The notes beneath the pieces were generated by a model, which was not told the DNA's origin, did not search any database, and was given only the letters and a program-made list of their open reading frames with translations. Of a stretch of 64,000 bases of DNA, positions 13,442 through 27,187 are shown one piece after another. Source of the stretch: Laetmonice hystrix (Eukaryota). The DNA is taken from positions 6,450,001 to 6,514,000 of the forward strand of contig OZ249436.1 in NCBI GenBank assembly GCA_965235115.1, given 5' to 3'. Both the position numbers and the translations under genes were made by a program. Each line of letters begins with the position of its first letter. Within the stretch, counting starts at the first letter, position 1.

Positions 13442-16400
13442 AAGTTTAAGCCCAGATCGGAGAATGAGACGCGGGCCGACAGCTGCTCCAAGCAGACGCT
13501 GGCTTCTATTGAACAGCCAGCCAGCACCGAAGGCGAAAGGTGCCCCGTTTACACCGTTCCGCCTCACATTGCTGCGCACTCGCCTGAATGTACCACATGG
13601 TCCTGCAACAGGGAACTGCCTCAAAGCTGCCTCCTGTATCTCTGCGTAAGCATCGCTAGGCACGCCCAGGCTGTGGGTCCGACATGTGCTTCATGTTGGC
13701 CGCCTCTCGGCCCCAGTGTCAACGGGGGCGTACCTTCTTCCACTGTGAATCGGACGAGTCGGGTATATTAACATAATTATATTGCCGATCGGTCATTTAA
13801 CGCGCAAGCCACACCACGCGCTGCGTGAATGGATTTCGCCCCCACCACTCACTTGGCGCGGGATTTCTCCAAATACTTGGCCATGCCGTCTTTAGTCACG
13901 TGACCATGGTCGAGCAGACGATCTGTCATCAAACAGACCGGCAGAGTGAAACATGTGAGACCATGGCTTGGGATGCACGACTGAATCACACGGCGATTTT
14001 ACTGTTCCTAGGAGTTTTGTCGTGCCAGTTTGATAGAGGTAAGTGTTTGAATGCTTGAGTTGGCTTCCTTCCTCGTGGTGTTTGTTTGTACGCAGACATC
14101 ACGGCCCAGTGTACGTCTAGGCGCTGGTCTGGACGTTGTTTTGATGGGGATCCAGTTGGTTGGCGATGATCACTGGGACTAGCTGGCAGTGGGAGTGGCC
14201 GAGTTCAGGCGGACATGTCGGCCTTACATAACGTGGTCTGGATCGGTCGTTATATCGCCCTGTCCCTCTCACAGAACATGCTTCAACATAACATAATCAT
14301 TGTCTTTTATCCCACGATATGAAAGAGATTGAACACGAAGCCCAGTGGTTCCAGGACATCACTGGGCAGCCACTGCCTGTCCTGCAGGCGGGCTGAAGTT
14401 GCAAACGCCATGCCAACTGGCCGTATTCTTCAGTTGTATTTGATACGTTCTGTACACAGTACAGTGTGCCACCGACAGATTCCCGTACCAAGACAACACT
14501 GCCGGCATCAGCTGTGCCGTTCGTTGTAGTACGCGTGCTAGTTTCAGCCTAAGGTAATGGGCAATATTTCCATTGTGTTCATGTAATAAATTAGGGAGGT
14601 GACCCCAGACTGACGAGGGCAGTAGCTGACCCCATGCCCTGTCCCTCACACGGATGCCGGAGGGGCGGCATCCCAACGTTCGGTGCCGTTTGCCCGATAT
14701 GTCTGGAGATGGGCGGCGGCGGAGTCCCATGGGTTCAGCGCCTCCTGGGCCTAGTCTCTCCGTGGAAGGGAAACGCTCTTTACCCCTTGGGACCTTCAGT
14801 CAATGGTGAACCAGAATTCTTACCAGATCTGTGTGGTATTTCAAGCCGGAAACTGCAGGCCCAGAGCCGTGTAGAGATATATAGGTCTAGATTTTGCCCT
14901 TTTAGGGTCAGATAGGTTCTCAAACGTTGTTTTCGAATATTTTCTGACTGCGTTTTCCTTTTGCCTGATAGGAGGTAAATCTACTTTGATGATAAGAGAT
15001 GTCTGTATACGTTTCTATACGTTCGTATACGAACTACTTCTAATACGTGGACTACCTAGAAAATGGCAACTAAAACTGAAAGCAGAAGTTCATGTAAATG
15101 GCTATAAGGGGTAGAGGATTAATGAAACAAAGTAGCGACCTATTAAAGTATTCCTTTTTAAGAGGCCAAAGCAGATAAACTTAAGATGAAGAAAAAATGC
15201 CATCAGGATTAGGAGACATGCAGACAGAGAATAAAAAGAAATGCATCTAGTATTTTTTGGATGTTCCCAAAAGAATTATTCTTTATCATTGAGACATGAT
15301 TGAAATGTTCTGTGTAAAAGAGGGCCTCCTTGTGTGCTCAATTGCCGGATCCAAACGACGGTGAGAAATCCACTGGAGCCCGGGATCGGCCTTGGGCCGG
15401 GACTAACTGAGCACGCGTAATCCCACAAACTTCAAGCAATTCCAATTCAAGCCAGGAAATCTGCCAGAAAACAGGATTCCATATAAACGAGAAGGGGGGG
15501 GGGGGGGGAGGAAAAACACATTTGGGATTAATTGGGGCTGGCATGAAGAGCAATTAATTATTTAATCATTGACGTTAGATTGTGCGTGTCTGCCTCGTAG
15601 GCCGCTGGCATAGGAACATCTACCCCAAGCGGAGTGAGGGTAACACGTGGCCTACAGTTAAGGGTCGCGGAGCGCGTCAGACGGCGACACCTCATCAGAC
15701 ATATTACTCCCTTTAAGCTATCAGTAGGTCAAGGGTGATGTTTTGTATAAAAGAACCTCCTCTAGAGCTGAACATGAAGGACACAACGGTTTCTCCTTAC
15801 AAACTTTGGCACATTCTGTCGGAAAATCAACAGGCCTATTCAGTACGATGGTGACATTTTGTAGAGCATTTTACCATTTTGGTAAACTTCATTCATATTC
15901 CTTAGACAGGTAAATAGAAACAGAAACAATGATTGAATGTCAACAACGTCGAGAAGTATTCTAGAGAGACCGGTAACGCGTTCCGACTAGCTGATGTAGT
16001 GAACAAAGAGGGAATGATGGGCACACTGCTGTTCTCTATATCTACAAACATTGAAAGAGGGAGTTTATAGGAAGATCACAACATTATCTAGAAGAGGACA
16101 AGAACTTGCTGAGTCAGCAGTATAACATACTGGCCTATCATGGCCATTATAATACCATTTGCTGACTTTGCCTCATTCGGTCTCAAATTTCACCATTCTC
16201 AAGTCACCTTATGAGAATAGTTATGAACAGGAAAATTAGCAGGTAATTTTAAGAGTTTAGCACCTGCTTCTAAATCTCATGGGCAGGTGATTGTAAAACT
16301 TTCGACTGGTGGCAAAACTTGAATATGGAGGAAAGGCATTTGACCACTCGTCAACCAGCTGTCTAAATCCGAGGGGGGAAACTTTATGAGGCTAATTTGA

Positions 16401-19400
16401 TAAACACCCGCCGGTAGTAATACTTTCCAATGCCCACACACATACAAAACTTGGAATAATTAAAACAAAGTATCATGTATCGGTATAAACGAGTCTCGTT
16501 GGTAGAACAAGTAAACTGGACCCATCATTGAACTTAAATATCCCGTGAACGTGGGTTTACTCAGTAAAACATTATTGACTTTTATTATGGATAACCTGAA
16601 TGATATTGGGAGCACCAACATTTTTGGCCCTATGCAAAGCTGGCTGTGTCTATGTAAAATTGACTTTGGACTGATGCGCAATTTGGGTCCGGTCTCTCGG
16701 TCCAGAATGTGTGTTAATCTATGGGTTATGGTTACTTGGCTTTTGATGGCTGGCTGCTATAGTGGACACTTAAATTGTGGTAGTGGCCATGGTAGCATAA
16801 TTGACTAAGCACTGGGTGCGGATATTGTGCCTCAAACTGATAGCAGCTGTGAGATGTGATGTACTGGGTTTACTAGAGGAACACCTGGCTGCCATCCCCA
16901 TCCATGCCTCACTAATCCATAGCTCCCCCATTCACGGTCTTTTCATTGGAGCCAATTGATCAAGAAACAGCTATTTCAGCACAGTGTCGGAATTGTTCAT
17001 TCTGTTCAATAGTCACCATTGAACCTTTCTGGCATGTGCCCATCTGCTCTGTTAGTAAGCCAGGTTTAAGTAAATAATAGATCTCGCAAATTCCTCGCCG
17101 CCAAATTTCGCCGTTGGTAAAAACAAGCACCTTTTGACATTTAAAGTTGTTCCTGCCACTCTGTCGAGCATATACGTTTAAAAAAACTCCACTGTGTACA
17201 GTAGGAACAGATCTAGTCACAAGTATTGCCCTGATGCACACAAAAACACGTTCTAACCCCCCAGCATTGATTCAAGTGCCAATGATTAGTACACCCTCAC
17301 CATGAGCCGCCAGATGGACAGCAGTTGTTTACGTACACGCTATATAGAAACCTATAGGATTTCTTAGGGCGCTTGAAGGGCATAGTTTTATTGAAAGGTC
17401 TTTCTGTTAAAAGTTTACTGTTCTTATATCTTTACTGGTAAGATAAAATCCCTTGCCTGAAGTGTGGTTGAAGTGTTCAGTGCCACCCGTAGAATTATAG
17501 TTAATCTGTTAAATTATAATTTTAAAATATTATTATTATGCTGTTGCACTACTTAAGGCCATAAGCTACGAATCGTAAGCCACATCGCAATAGAAATACT
17601 TGATTAAAAGCAAATTTGAATACTTCATGTTGTAGTAGATCCTGAGATTTGATGTTACTAAGATAAGGATTCATCTTTTACTGCTTTGTTTTTTATGGTG
17701 ATTTATGTACGCATTTTACAACGGTTAAAAGCCTTGATTTGGAAACCTCTAGAAGTTTATTTCCTTTTCTAGCGAACACCTTAATAGCTTGTCGAACTGG
17801 TTGATAAAGTATTCCCTTTGGCTGTAATATAAACCGACAGAAGCCGGTCGAATAGTCTTTCGCGTTTGTAGAGACAAGAAAGTTGAGATTTCTTTTCCAC
17901 TGGGATTGGTGGTAATTGAAGACAAAGTGCGAGGAGGAAGGTCAGATGTTCGGGGAAGCCTTGGCTTCATCTGATCAAAGAACCGTATCATGTATTATAG
18001 AAGGCCGCTAGTTACAGCTTAATGGACTTCTCATGCAATATGTACACTTTCTGACCCGACTGTCAGGTAAGTTTTCATTCTTAGAATTTAAAGTGTTCCG
18101 GTCCAGACATTCACAAAAAAATCCATCGCTTCTTTGTTCATCACTCAAAATTACTTTCTAAATTGGCCAAACCTGAAAGTCTTGGAAGCATTCTGCTTTT
18201 GTAGGTTGTAAGATTTCTAATCTACCGTGAATGTATGGAACACATGACAGAGAATTAAATTTAGGTTTGAGGGGGATGATTAATAAAAATTTCCAGTGCC
18301 TTTATTTGATTACATCAAAGCTACTTCGCGTTACCTTGAACAAAGCTCCAAATTCCCTGTATTTGTCTTGAAGTTAGAAGGAGATACTTCTCTATTGCAT
18401 GCCCACTTTGATGACTGTTTGATGATATAAAAACTCGACATTACGAGCTACAGTGCCGTCAGTCATTTTGCATCGTTAATGCATACACGCTTTATCTATG
18501 AACTAATTAGTGAATCATTACTAGTTGTTTTACGTAATAATCAAATTCATTAGTAAATCTTCAGGTAATGGCAATGAGGATATTAGCAGTGCAATAGTTC
18601 TGTCTTTATCAATCAACGAACGGTTGTTTAAGTACACGGGGAGCTCAAAACGTTGATATGTTCAAATTTACAGTAATGGATAAATGGCATAGGGAAATGT
18701 TCTCCGAGGATTCTTGGCTGTATGACAGTACTAGTAGATTGTGCCTCTAACGTTTTGTTACTCCAAACATTGCATGCCTCTGGTCGACTTTTTTGATTTC
18801 AGTTTGAGAAAAATCAATGTTAAACGGTGTTCGCCTCAGGCTACGTAGAATTCTTTAGTATGAACTGTTCAAGGTAAACAAACATTTACTGTAGAATCTC
18901 TGATACGGCAGCGGGTTCCAACCCTGCCTCTTAAACTGAAACTTAAAATGCCTCCATTCGTATAATCTAATATGAGACCTAGCCACAGATAATTAACAAG
19001 TAAAGTATCTTTAGTCTGCTGCACCAAGTGTTTCTTGTGACTTTAGTATATAAATCGATTTTTTACATGTCTTCGGCGCTTCACTTCATGAATTCAGTGG
19101 GGTTGATTTGTACAGTGGCAGATTTAGATACATGTAGAATTTTGTCTTCGACATGTGAACCTGATAATTTATTGGATTTATACTTCTCTGGTTGTAAGTG
19201 AAGGCACCAAAGATAGCGAAGTATATATGCTCACACTGTTGCCTTCTTTCATTGCACTGAAAATGAAGAATCTGAGCCAGGTAGAATTAATGATAAACAA
19301 CTACATAAACAACTTCTATCTTCATGTAGGATTATGCGTCTAGTGTAGACATCGAATATCGATTGCTACCGGGACTTCACTCGTTATACGGACATTGTAA

Positions 19401-20292
19401 TCTTGGCACTAATTCAGAACAGAACTTCAAACTTGAAAAATATTATAAGCGCAATAGCAAGAACTGAAATACTGCAAGAATATTCTAGTGCCAGTCTAAT
19501 GTTCCAGGTACTTTTGATTTTTAGTGCTGTCGGACCGTAATTTGCCAGTAAGAAAACGTAATGTTATGTTTACTAGTACTTTGGCTTCGTAGGCGACCAT
19601 GATATTTTGATTCTTTCATTACTCAGACCGGCTTATCAAAGTTATAGGATACGATATTTTTATACATGATTGTGGCGAAAACAATCAACGCTTTGATAGG
19701 ACGCTTCGAGTTTTACAGACAGGTTTGGGGCAGACGATCATAGTAAAGGTGAAGTGTGCTACCGACACGTTATAAAATCAAAACAGACCGCCTGCAACCG
19801 TCGACACAATCAGATGGCAGTGTCTGCAGACGTTTTACAACCAGCTTGAACATCCAGATTTAATGAACCGCCTGAGGTGCCATCAGCGATAGTCACATGA
19901 CTTCAGGCATCCAGCACACCCTTGTGGCAGAATGCTTCACTGTTTTCCTCAAAGAAATTCTCAAAGGCATTTCAGGCATTGATCCAGACTGTCGGTTGTT
20001 GGTGTGTGAGGTTTTGTAGTCGGCGGGTTTGTAACGTCATCGGTTCGCCTTCGCTAGCTGCGAGAGTTGTTGGTTCTGGTACCAGGTTTCGTCAAGTTTA
20101 TATTAGATGACACAGCAGGACATCATAATGCACTCACTGACGTGGTTGTCGCCGATATTCAAAATGTCCGACTCCTCCATACTAAAGTAATTTTTAGGCT
20201 GCCGAAATACAATGTAGTAATGAAATTTGCCTACTTTGTTACTCAGAATTAGTAATATTTCTTGATGACGCAGGTGTTGATCTCTTTTCTAT

Positions 20293-20439
20293 AGAGCCCC
20301 GGAGGTGACATGCTGAAAATATTTTTTAATCCGTGCGCACGGATTACTAAACCATGGCCACGGTTTAGTCATTCGTGGCCAGGGTGAAGTAATTCGTGGC
20401 CACGAAATAATAATCCGTGGCCACGAATGACTAAACCGT
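20293..20439. mobile_element. Palindrome-rich non-autonomous DNA element remnant
   Basis: Perfect 20-bp palindrome TAATCCGTGCGCACGGATTA (20327-20346). Perfect 22-bp inverted repeat at 20360-20381 / 20418-20439. CGTGGCCACG is repeated. Confidence 0.6.
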
Positions 20440-22073
20440 TACTGTTACTGCAATCCATCTTGATTAAAGCCGTAATTGCTATACACAATAACAATACATC
20501 AGGAATATCATGCATTGGTAATTTATTATCCTTTGGAGTTCTTATTCTCGATTATTTGAGTAAAAGGTTTAATATATTGTATAAAGTTTGAAAAATGTAT
20601 TTGTCGTCAAACATGACGTCAGACCTACCCCAGACCACATCGATTGTGAGAGAATTCTGTGATACATTTGTAGTCTTCTAGTGTCGAGGTTCTGTCCTTG
20701 TATGGGTATCACTAATCATTACTTTTAAATCTAGCTGTCCCTAGCTCGAGAGTTTTAGATTAAAAACTAAGTAAAAGTAAAAATAAATTTGTAGGGTGAT
20801 CGATTTTCAGGCCAGAATAATTGATACTGCGACTGTTAATGCTCCTGCTGTCAGTGAGCTTGCAACAGAACAAAGTGATAAAGGCAGTAGGGGTTCCAGC
20901 CAACACTGCCATCGACCCAACTGGTCCACTTTATTTAACGGCAATCTCACTGATAAAATATTTCCTCAATGGCATTAAAATGCATATTAAGCTAATTTTA
21001 ATTTCATACAGACAGGAGCGAGCAATTATTTCATGCGCCATTCAATTATACTAGATATTAGAAAAACAATGATCGGCATTATCGAAATGGGCAGAAAATG
21101 TTTCAATAGAACTAATAGTGGTGTCATTTCACAGAGAAAATGGGGAATTGACCTTCTTGAGGACTGACCTTTAGGAACACTAAACCCGGATAGTTTGTTC
21201 CCATAGCGCCTCATGAATATCATGATTGCTTCCACCATTAACTCGTTTACTTTCTGCGTCGTTTTTTTTAATTCTTGAACGGGTACTGCCTGTATAGACC
21301 TCTAGGCTGTCTTTGCCTGAGACGCTATAGCAAACATTATTCTTAATGTGATATACCTTTTAACGTATTAAATAACAGAAATGACAATGACCTTCACCAA
21401 ATCCTGAATCCATCGCTGGCTGGTGCATACTAATCAAAGGAAAGAATCAGGAAAAGCAGTCGTAAAGTCATCAAAATTGTAGTGTGATTTTTTTTCTCAA
21501 ATGTAGGATGTCTCTGGGGTACTCTCGCCATTGGATCTCCGTGCCATGGGCGGAACATGTTAGGTGTTTCCCATGGCTTAGTACGGTGTAAGGAGGTGCT
21601 CTGAGGGTTACACGAGTTGGAATAGTATGGCCTTGACTTGACACGGGCACTGTCAGGGGTGTAGGCGGCGGCGCGGCTGGACAGGAGATCGTCCCAGTCG
21701 CCGCTAGTCTCCAGTGGGTATGTGTCTCGTACCCTGATTACAACTGTCAGCCCTCTGAGTGATTGCCTATATCCCTGTTTGACACTTTCCAGACATGTCC
21801 TTATTCAGTTTGCACGAAAACACAGCTCAGTGCTTCAGATGACGATTCCATACTGTAGGAGCTGGCACACACTGGGCTCAACTGACTTATCACATGGGGA
21901 TCAGTGTCACCATCTTAGAGGGAAGCAGAGTGGCCCTTTTGCTCTTGAATAAACACACAGATGTCCTAATACCACATCTCGTACTGGATCTACTAAGTTA
22001 AAGAAAATATTAGTTCAGTTCTAACGCAGCCGTTGGAATCTGTTACGGCTGTGGGTCATTTGGGCAGACCTTG

Positions 22074-22210
22074 TAAGGGGCGGACCATTTGATACCTGGA
22101 GGGGCTATGGTTTTTCTTGATGAGCAACCTTTCTTTTTTGCCCCCAGGCCAAAGCTATCTTTTGTTTTCGCTATGACCATTAATCAAACTATTTTCCCCC
22201 TATTTCGGCT
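22074..22210 (+). mobile_element. Probable 5' fragment of a MITE
   Basis: TAAGGGGCGGACCATTTGAT...GGAGGGGCTATGGTTTTTT resembles ends of invertebrate non-autonomous DNA elements I recall. No matching right TIR was seen. Confidence 0.3.
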
Positions 22211-22974
22211 ATACTATATATTTTGTTCTAAATGACTTCATATTGCTGCGAGTAGCATTGAGAAAGATCTCCTTCTGTAGGGTTAGCGGGAAAACATCCA
22301 CTCTTACACTAATTACACTTCAGGACAATTAAGAAAATCCAATTAACTCCTTCAAAACTAATTACTCAATTGTTGGTTAATATGTATAGCAGGTATATTG
22401 GGACAAAAAACCTGAACGTTTAGCTTGTCTTGAAGTTGAATTGAAGGTTCCCTAAGGAAACAATGTTATGTTAATTCAAGATCATCTCCGTTATATTGAT
22501 GATAGTTATGGTTGGAAAAACACAATTGAATTATGGAGAGTTTCTGAGGCGGTGTGGGTCTCCACATCCCTCCGAACAAATAGAGATTATCAGAGGTGGT
22601 AATAATCACAGAGGTCCGTAATTCAGGACTCAGCGCTGCATATCAAGGCAGAGAAGTGTATGTGATTAGGAAACTCTTTTGCTCATTAAGTGGAAATTGA
22701 TCGGAATTGAAAATCCGGGTTGTAAGCCTGGGTGTGGGAAACCACGACCGTAAGTGAGAGTAGAGTGATTGACAATAGTCTGCCTAACCATGCCTTCAGG
22801 CAATGGAGTAAATTCTTAATGGGATTATCGTGTGGTAATGAACAACAGGATGGGATTGGCAGCAGAAGATGATAATCCATTGTATTGCTCTGCTCAGACG
22901 TTGCTTTTCTCAGCCTGCTCTAATGTAGACTCTTTGGAGTAATCATTCAGCGGTAAATCGAGAAAATACAGTGG

Positions 22975-23092
22975 CGCGGAAAGCAGGAGTTCCAGAGCTC
23001 TGGCATTTACAGGAGAAGTTTGAATAGCAAGTTTTCAGCGTGATCAGTGGGGTTGGTAGCAAGCAGCTGTTACTGCTGCCTGGATGCGTATA
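22975..23092 (-). mobile_element. Decayed L2/CR1-type LINE ORF2 C-terminal fragment
   Basis: The minus strand translates to SSNSCLLPTPLITLKTCYSNFSC, then after a frameshift to PELWNS. This resembles the L2 terminal motif RSSxxxLLxxPxxxLKTxxxxFSxxAPxLWNSLP. Confidence 0.45.
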
Positions 23093-23752
23093 AACATTGG
23101 GTGGAGAGCCTTCCCCATCAGTGAGCTCATTATTGGTCGGCTAGGGGAAGTCCTTTCGCTCTCTCCACTCAACCTGCATTGTATACAGACACAATATATC
23201 TCGGCATATCAGGGCCCTTAATTCATGCTTCAACGCTTTAGGCCTATGTCTTCCAGAGTACGGAGACAATATAGAGCAGACTTATTTAGATTTGAAATGT
23301 GATAAGGGTGCATCGCATATTGAGATTATCTTTAATTTAAGCCACAGAAAAAGTACTTTGTTATGTCGAAAAGTTTTGATCTAGAGATAGTGGGTTTAAT
23401 GTGGACCATGTTATCTCATACATTCATCAGAATACGTAGATTACTTCTTTGTTTAGTCTGCTATGTTATCAAGCTTTAGGTTAAAAGTCCCTTAAGGTAG
23501 GAATGAGTAATTGGACATTTTGCGATTACTCTCTCGAGGAGCATCAAGACAATTGACAGTTCTACAATAGAAAATTGAGTAGTTTGGGCCAACTTATCAG
23601 CATCAAGAAAATTGATTTCCAGCAACACAAATTTATCGTTATATGTTTTAATTGATATCGATAAAACTGTATAGAGTATATATAAAGTATATCTGTTTCT
23701 GCCGTAATGGATTGCGGGCACATGGGCTCCTTTAATAAACGTGAGGAAGAAA

Positions 23753-24975
23753 CTATGTAAGGGGCTGGCATGGTGGCAGTTGTGTTTCATGGGTCCCGCC
23801 ATAATATGCCGCTATGTAAGGGGCTGGCATGGTGGCAGTTGTGTTTCCTGGGTCCCTCCATACTAGACCGCTATGTAAGGGGCTGGCATGGTGGCAGTTG
23901 TGTTTCCTGGGTCCCTCCATACTAGACCGCTATGTAAGGGGCTGGCATGGTGGCAGTTGTGTTTCCTGGGTCCCGCCATACTAGACCGCTATGTAAGGGG
24001 CTGGCATGGTGGCAGTTGTGTTTCCTGGGTCCCGCCATACTAGACCGCTATGTAAGGGGCTGGCATGGTGCCAGTTGTGTTTCCTGGGTCCCGTCATAAT
24101 ATACCGCTATGTAAGGGGCTGGCATGGTGCCAGTTGTGTTTCCTGGGTCCCTCCATACTAGACCGCTATGTAAGGGGCTGGCATGGTGGCAGTTGTGTTT
24201 CCTGGGTCCCGCCATACTAGACCGCTATGTAAGGGGCTGGCATGGTGCCAGTTGTGTTTCCTGGGTCCCGTCATAATATACCGCTATGTAAGGGGCTGGC
24301 ATGGTGGCAGTTGTGTTCTCTGGGTCCCTCCATACTAGACCGCTATGTAAGGGGCTGGCATGGTGGCAGTTGTGTTTCCTGGGTCCCTCCATACTAGACC
24401 GCTATGTAAGGGGCTGGCATGGTGGCAGTTGTGTTTCCTGGGTCCCGCCATACTAGACCGCTATGTAAGGGGCTGGCATGGTGCCAGTTGTGTTTCCTGG
24501 GTCCCGTCATAATATACCGCTATGTAAGGGGCTGGCATGGTGGCAGTTGTGTTTCCTGGGTCCCTCCATACTAGACCGCTATGTAAGGGGCTGGCATGGT
24601 GGCAGTTGTGTTTCCTGGGTCCCTCCATACTAGACCGCTATGTAAGGGGCTGACATTGTGGCAGTTGTGTTTCCTGGGTCCCGCCATACTAGACCGCTAT
24701 GTAAGGGGCTGGCATGGTGGCAGTTGTGTTTCCTGGGTCCCGCCATAATATACCGCTATGTAAGGGGCTGGCATGGTGCCAGTTGTGTTTCCTGGGTCCC
24801 GGCATAATATGCCGCTATGTAAGGGGCTGGCATGGTGCCAGTTGTGTTTCCTGGGTCCCGCCATAATATGCCGCTATGTAAGGGGCTGGCATGGTGGCAG
24901 TTGTGTTTCCTGGGTCCCGCCATACTAGACCGCTATGTAAGGGGCTGGATGGTGGCAGTTGTGCTTCCTGGGTCC
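23753..24975. repeat. 59-bp minisatellite, ~21 copies
   Basis: Unit CTATGTAAGGGGCTGGCATGGTGGCAGTTGTGTTTCCTGGGTCCC(T/G)CCATACTAGACCG. Confidence 0.97.
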
Positions 24976-25109
24976 AGTTCGTACAAAACTTAAGATCTGG
25001 TTTAAGCTAAAGCTTAACGCTACTCATTGGCTGGTCTGCTTTTAGATCGGCCAAACAGAAGCGTTACACTAAAGCAAGATCTTACATGTCAGTTTTGACG
25101 AACTGGGCC
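24971..25109. mobile_element. ~140-bp palindromic MITE (PIF/Harbinger-like, inferred)
   Basis: Imperfect TIRs GGTCCAGTTCGTACAAAACT / AGTTTTGACGAACTGGGCC, flanked by CTG and CAG. The internal arms are also inverted (TAAGATCT/AGATCTTA, TAACGCT/AGCGTTA). Confidence 0.7.
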
Positions 25110-25557
25110 CAGGTCTGTGTTGTGTTGTGATGGTACCACGAACACAGTTAGTTAGATTGATAGACGACACAATGATTCTTGTCAGGATGATAACAGCAGA
25201 GTTTCTTTCATGTGTCTTCCGCTTCATCTTTTCATCTTTTATGTTTTTCTTTCGATCACAAGGCGGTTGTGTCACAATCTTGCTGAATCCAGTGTGATTG
25301 CAATACGAGGGCTGATAGTGTTCAACTCTAGATGATCATCTGTCATTCTTTCCAATGGCAGATTTTATGTCTCAGATACCAGTTTCATCAATCAAGATCT
25401 AAACGGTGAAACTTTCTGAAGTCTTTCTCCAAGCTTCATTAGGTAGGCGTGTATTACAATTTTTAAATAACAGCTTTGGAACATTGGGAATGCTCCGCAG
25501 TTATTACGCTTGTCTCGATGGGTTTTATATAATTTCCATTTCTCGTTTGAATTGGAT

Positions 25558-26313
25558 TTAACACACCTCTACCCGGCTCCCATATACACAGTAATACACT
25601 TAACACACCTCTACCCCGGGTCCCATATACACAGTGATACACTTAACACACCTCTACCCCGGGTCCCATATACACAGTGATACACTTAACACACCTCTAC
25701 CCCGGGTCCCATATACACAGTGATACACTTAACACACCTCTACCCCGGCTCCATATACACAGTGATACACTTAACACACCTCTACCCCGGCCCCAATATA
25801 CACAGTGATACACTTAACACACCTCTACCGCGGCTCCCATATACACAGTGATACACTTAACACACCTCTCCCCCGGCTCCCATATACCCACTGATACACT
25901 TAACACACCTCTACCCCGGCTCCCATATACACAGTGATACACTTAACACACCTCTACCCCGGCTCCCATATACACAGTGATACACTTAACACACCTCTTC
26001 CCCGGCTCCATATACACAGTGATACACTTAACACACCTCTACCCCGGCTCCCATATACACCGTGATACACTTAACACACCTCAAACCCGGCTCCATATAC
26101 ACACTGATACACTTAACACACCTCTACCGCGGCTCCATATACACCGTGATACACTTAACACACCTCAAACCCGGCTCCATATACACAGTGATACACTTAA
26201 CACACATCTACCCCGGCTCCCATATACACAGTGATACACTTAACACACCTCTACCCCGGCTCCCATATACACAGTGATACACTTAACACACCTCTTCCCC
26301 GGCTCCATATACA
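25558..26313. repeat. 42-43-bp minisatellite, ~17 copies
   Basis: Unit CACAGTGATACACTTAACACACCTCTACCCCGGCTCCCATATA. Confidence 0.96.
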
Positions 26314-26570
26314 GCCATCCTCTCGTGGACAGACATAACAAACACTGATTTAGCTGAGAGGCAAACACACGGTACAAACGTAAGCAGACTGAAGGAGTTA
26401 ACATAGCCTACACGCACGTGGACTGGAAACGAGCGGATGTTTGCTTGGATTAAAGGTAGAATGAGTCGCTGAGTCGGAAGGAGAGGGGGGGCGGCAATGG
26501 ATGACTGTGGCAGTCGTGCTTCATTACACTATTTGTGATGACCTCCGTGGGCCGGGCTTCTCTCCGATCA

Positions 26571-27187
26571 GGTGTGGCGTGGAGGCTGATGGCACACTCC
26601 GGCATGGTGTGGTGTGGAGGCTGATGGCACACTCCGGCATGGTGTGGAGGCTGATGGCACACCCCGGCATGGTGTGGAGGCTGATGGCACACTCCGGCAT
26701 GGTGTGGAGGCTGATGGCACACTCCGGCATGGTGTGGAGGCTGATGGCACACTCCGGCATGGTGTGGAGGCTGATGGCACACTCCGGCATGGTGTGGTGT
26801 GGAGGCTGATGGCACACTCCGGCATGGTGTGGTGTGGAGGCTGATGGCACACTCCGGCATGGTGTGGCGTGGAGGCTGATGGCACACTCCAGCATGGTGT
26901 GGCGTGGAGGCTGATGGCACACTCCGGCATGGTGTGGCGTGGAGGCTGATCGCACACTCCGGCATGGTGTGAAGGCTGATCGCACACTCCGGCATGGTGT
27001 GGTGTGGAGGCTGATGGCACACTCCGGCATGGTGTGAAGGCTGATGGCACACCCCGGCATGGTGTGGAGGCTGATGGCACACTCCGGCATGGTGTGGAGG
27101 CTGATGGCACACTCCGGCATGGTGTGGAGGCTGATAGCACACTCCGGCATGGTGTGAAGGCTGATGGCACACCCCGGCATGGTGTGT
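26571..27187. repeat. 30/35-bp minisatellite, ~19 copies
   Basis: Unit GGTGTGGAGGCTGATGGCACACTCCGGCAT with an optional extra GGTGT/GGCGT. It explains the ORFs at 26450-27339. Confidence 0.96.

Noticed and set aside
18001..18072. Coding exon ending at the perfect donor CAG|GTAAGT
   Set aside because: All frames from the nearest acceptor contain stops. It could only be non-coding, and the pyrimidine tract is too weak to call it a ratchet point.
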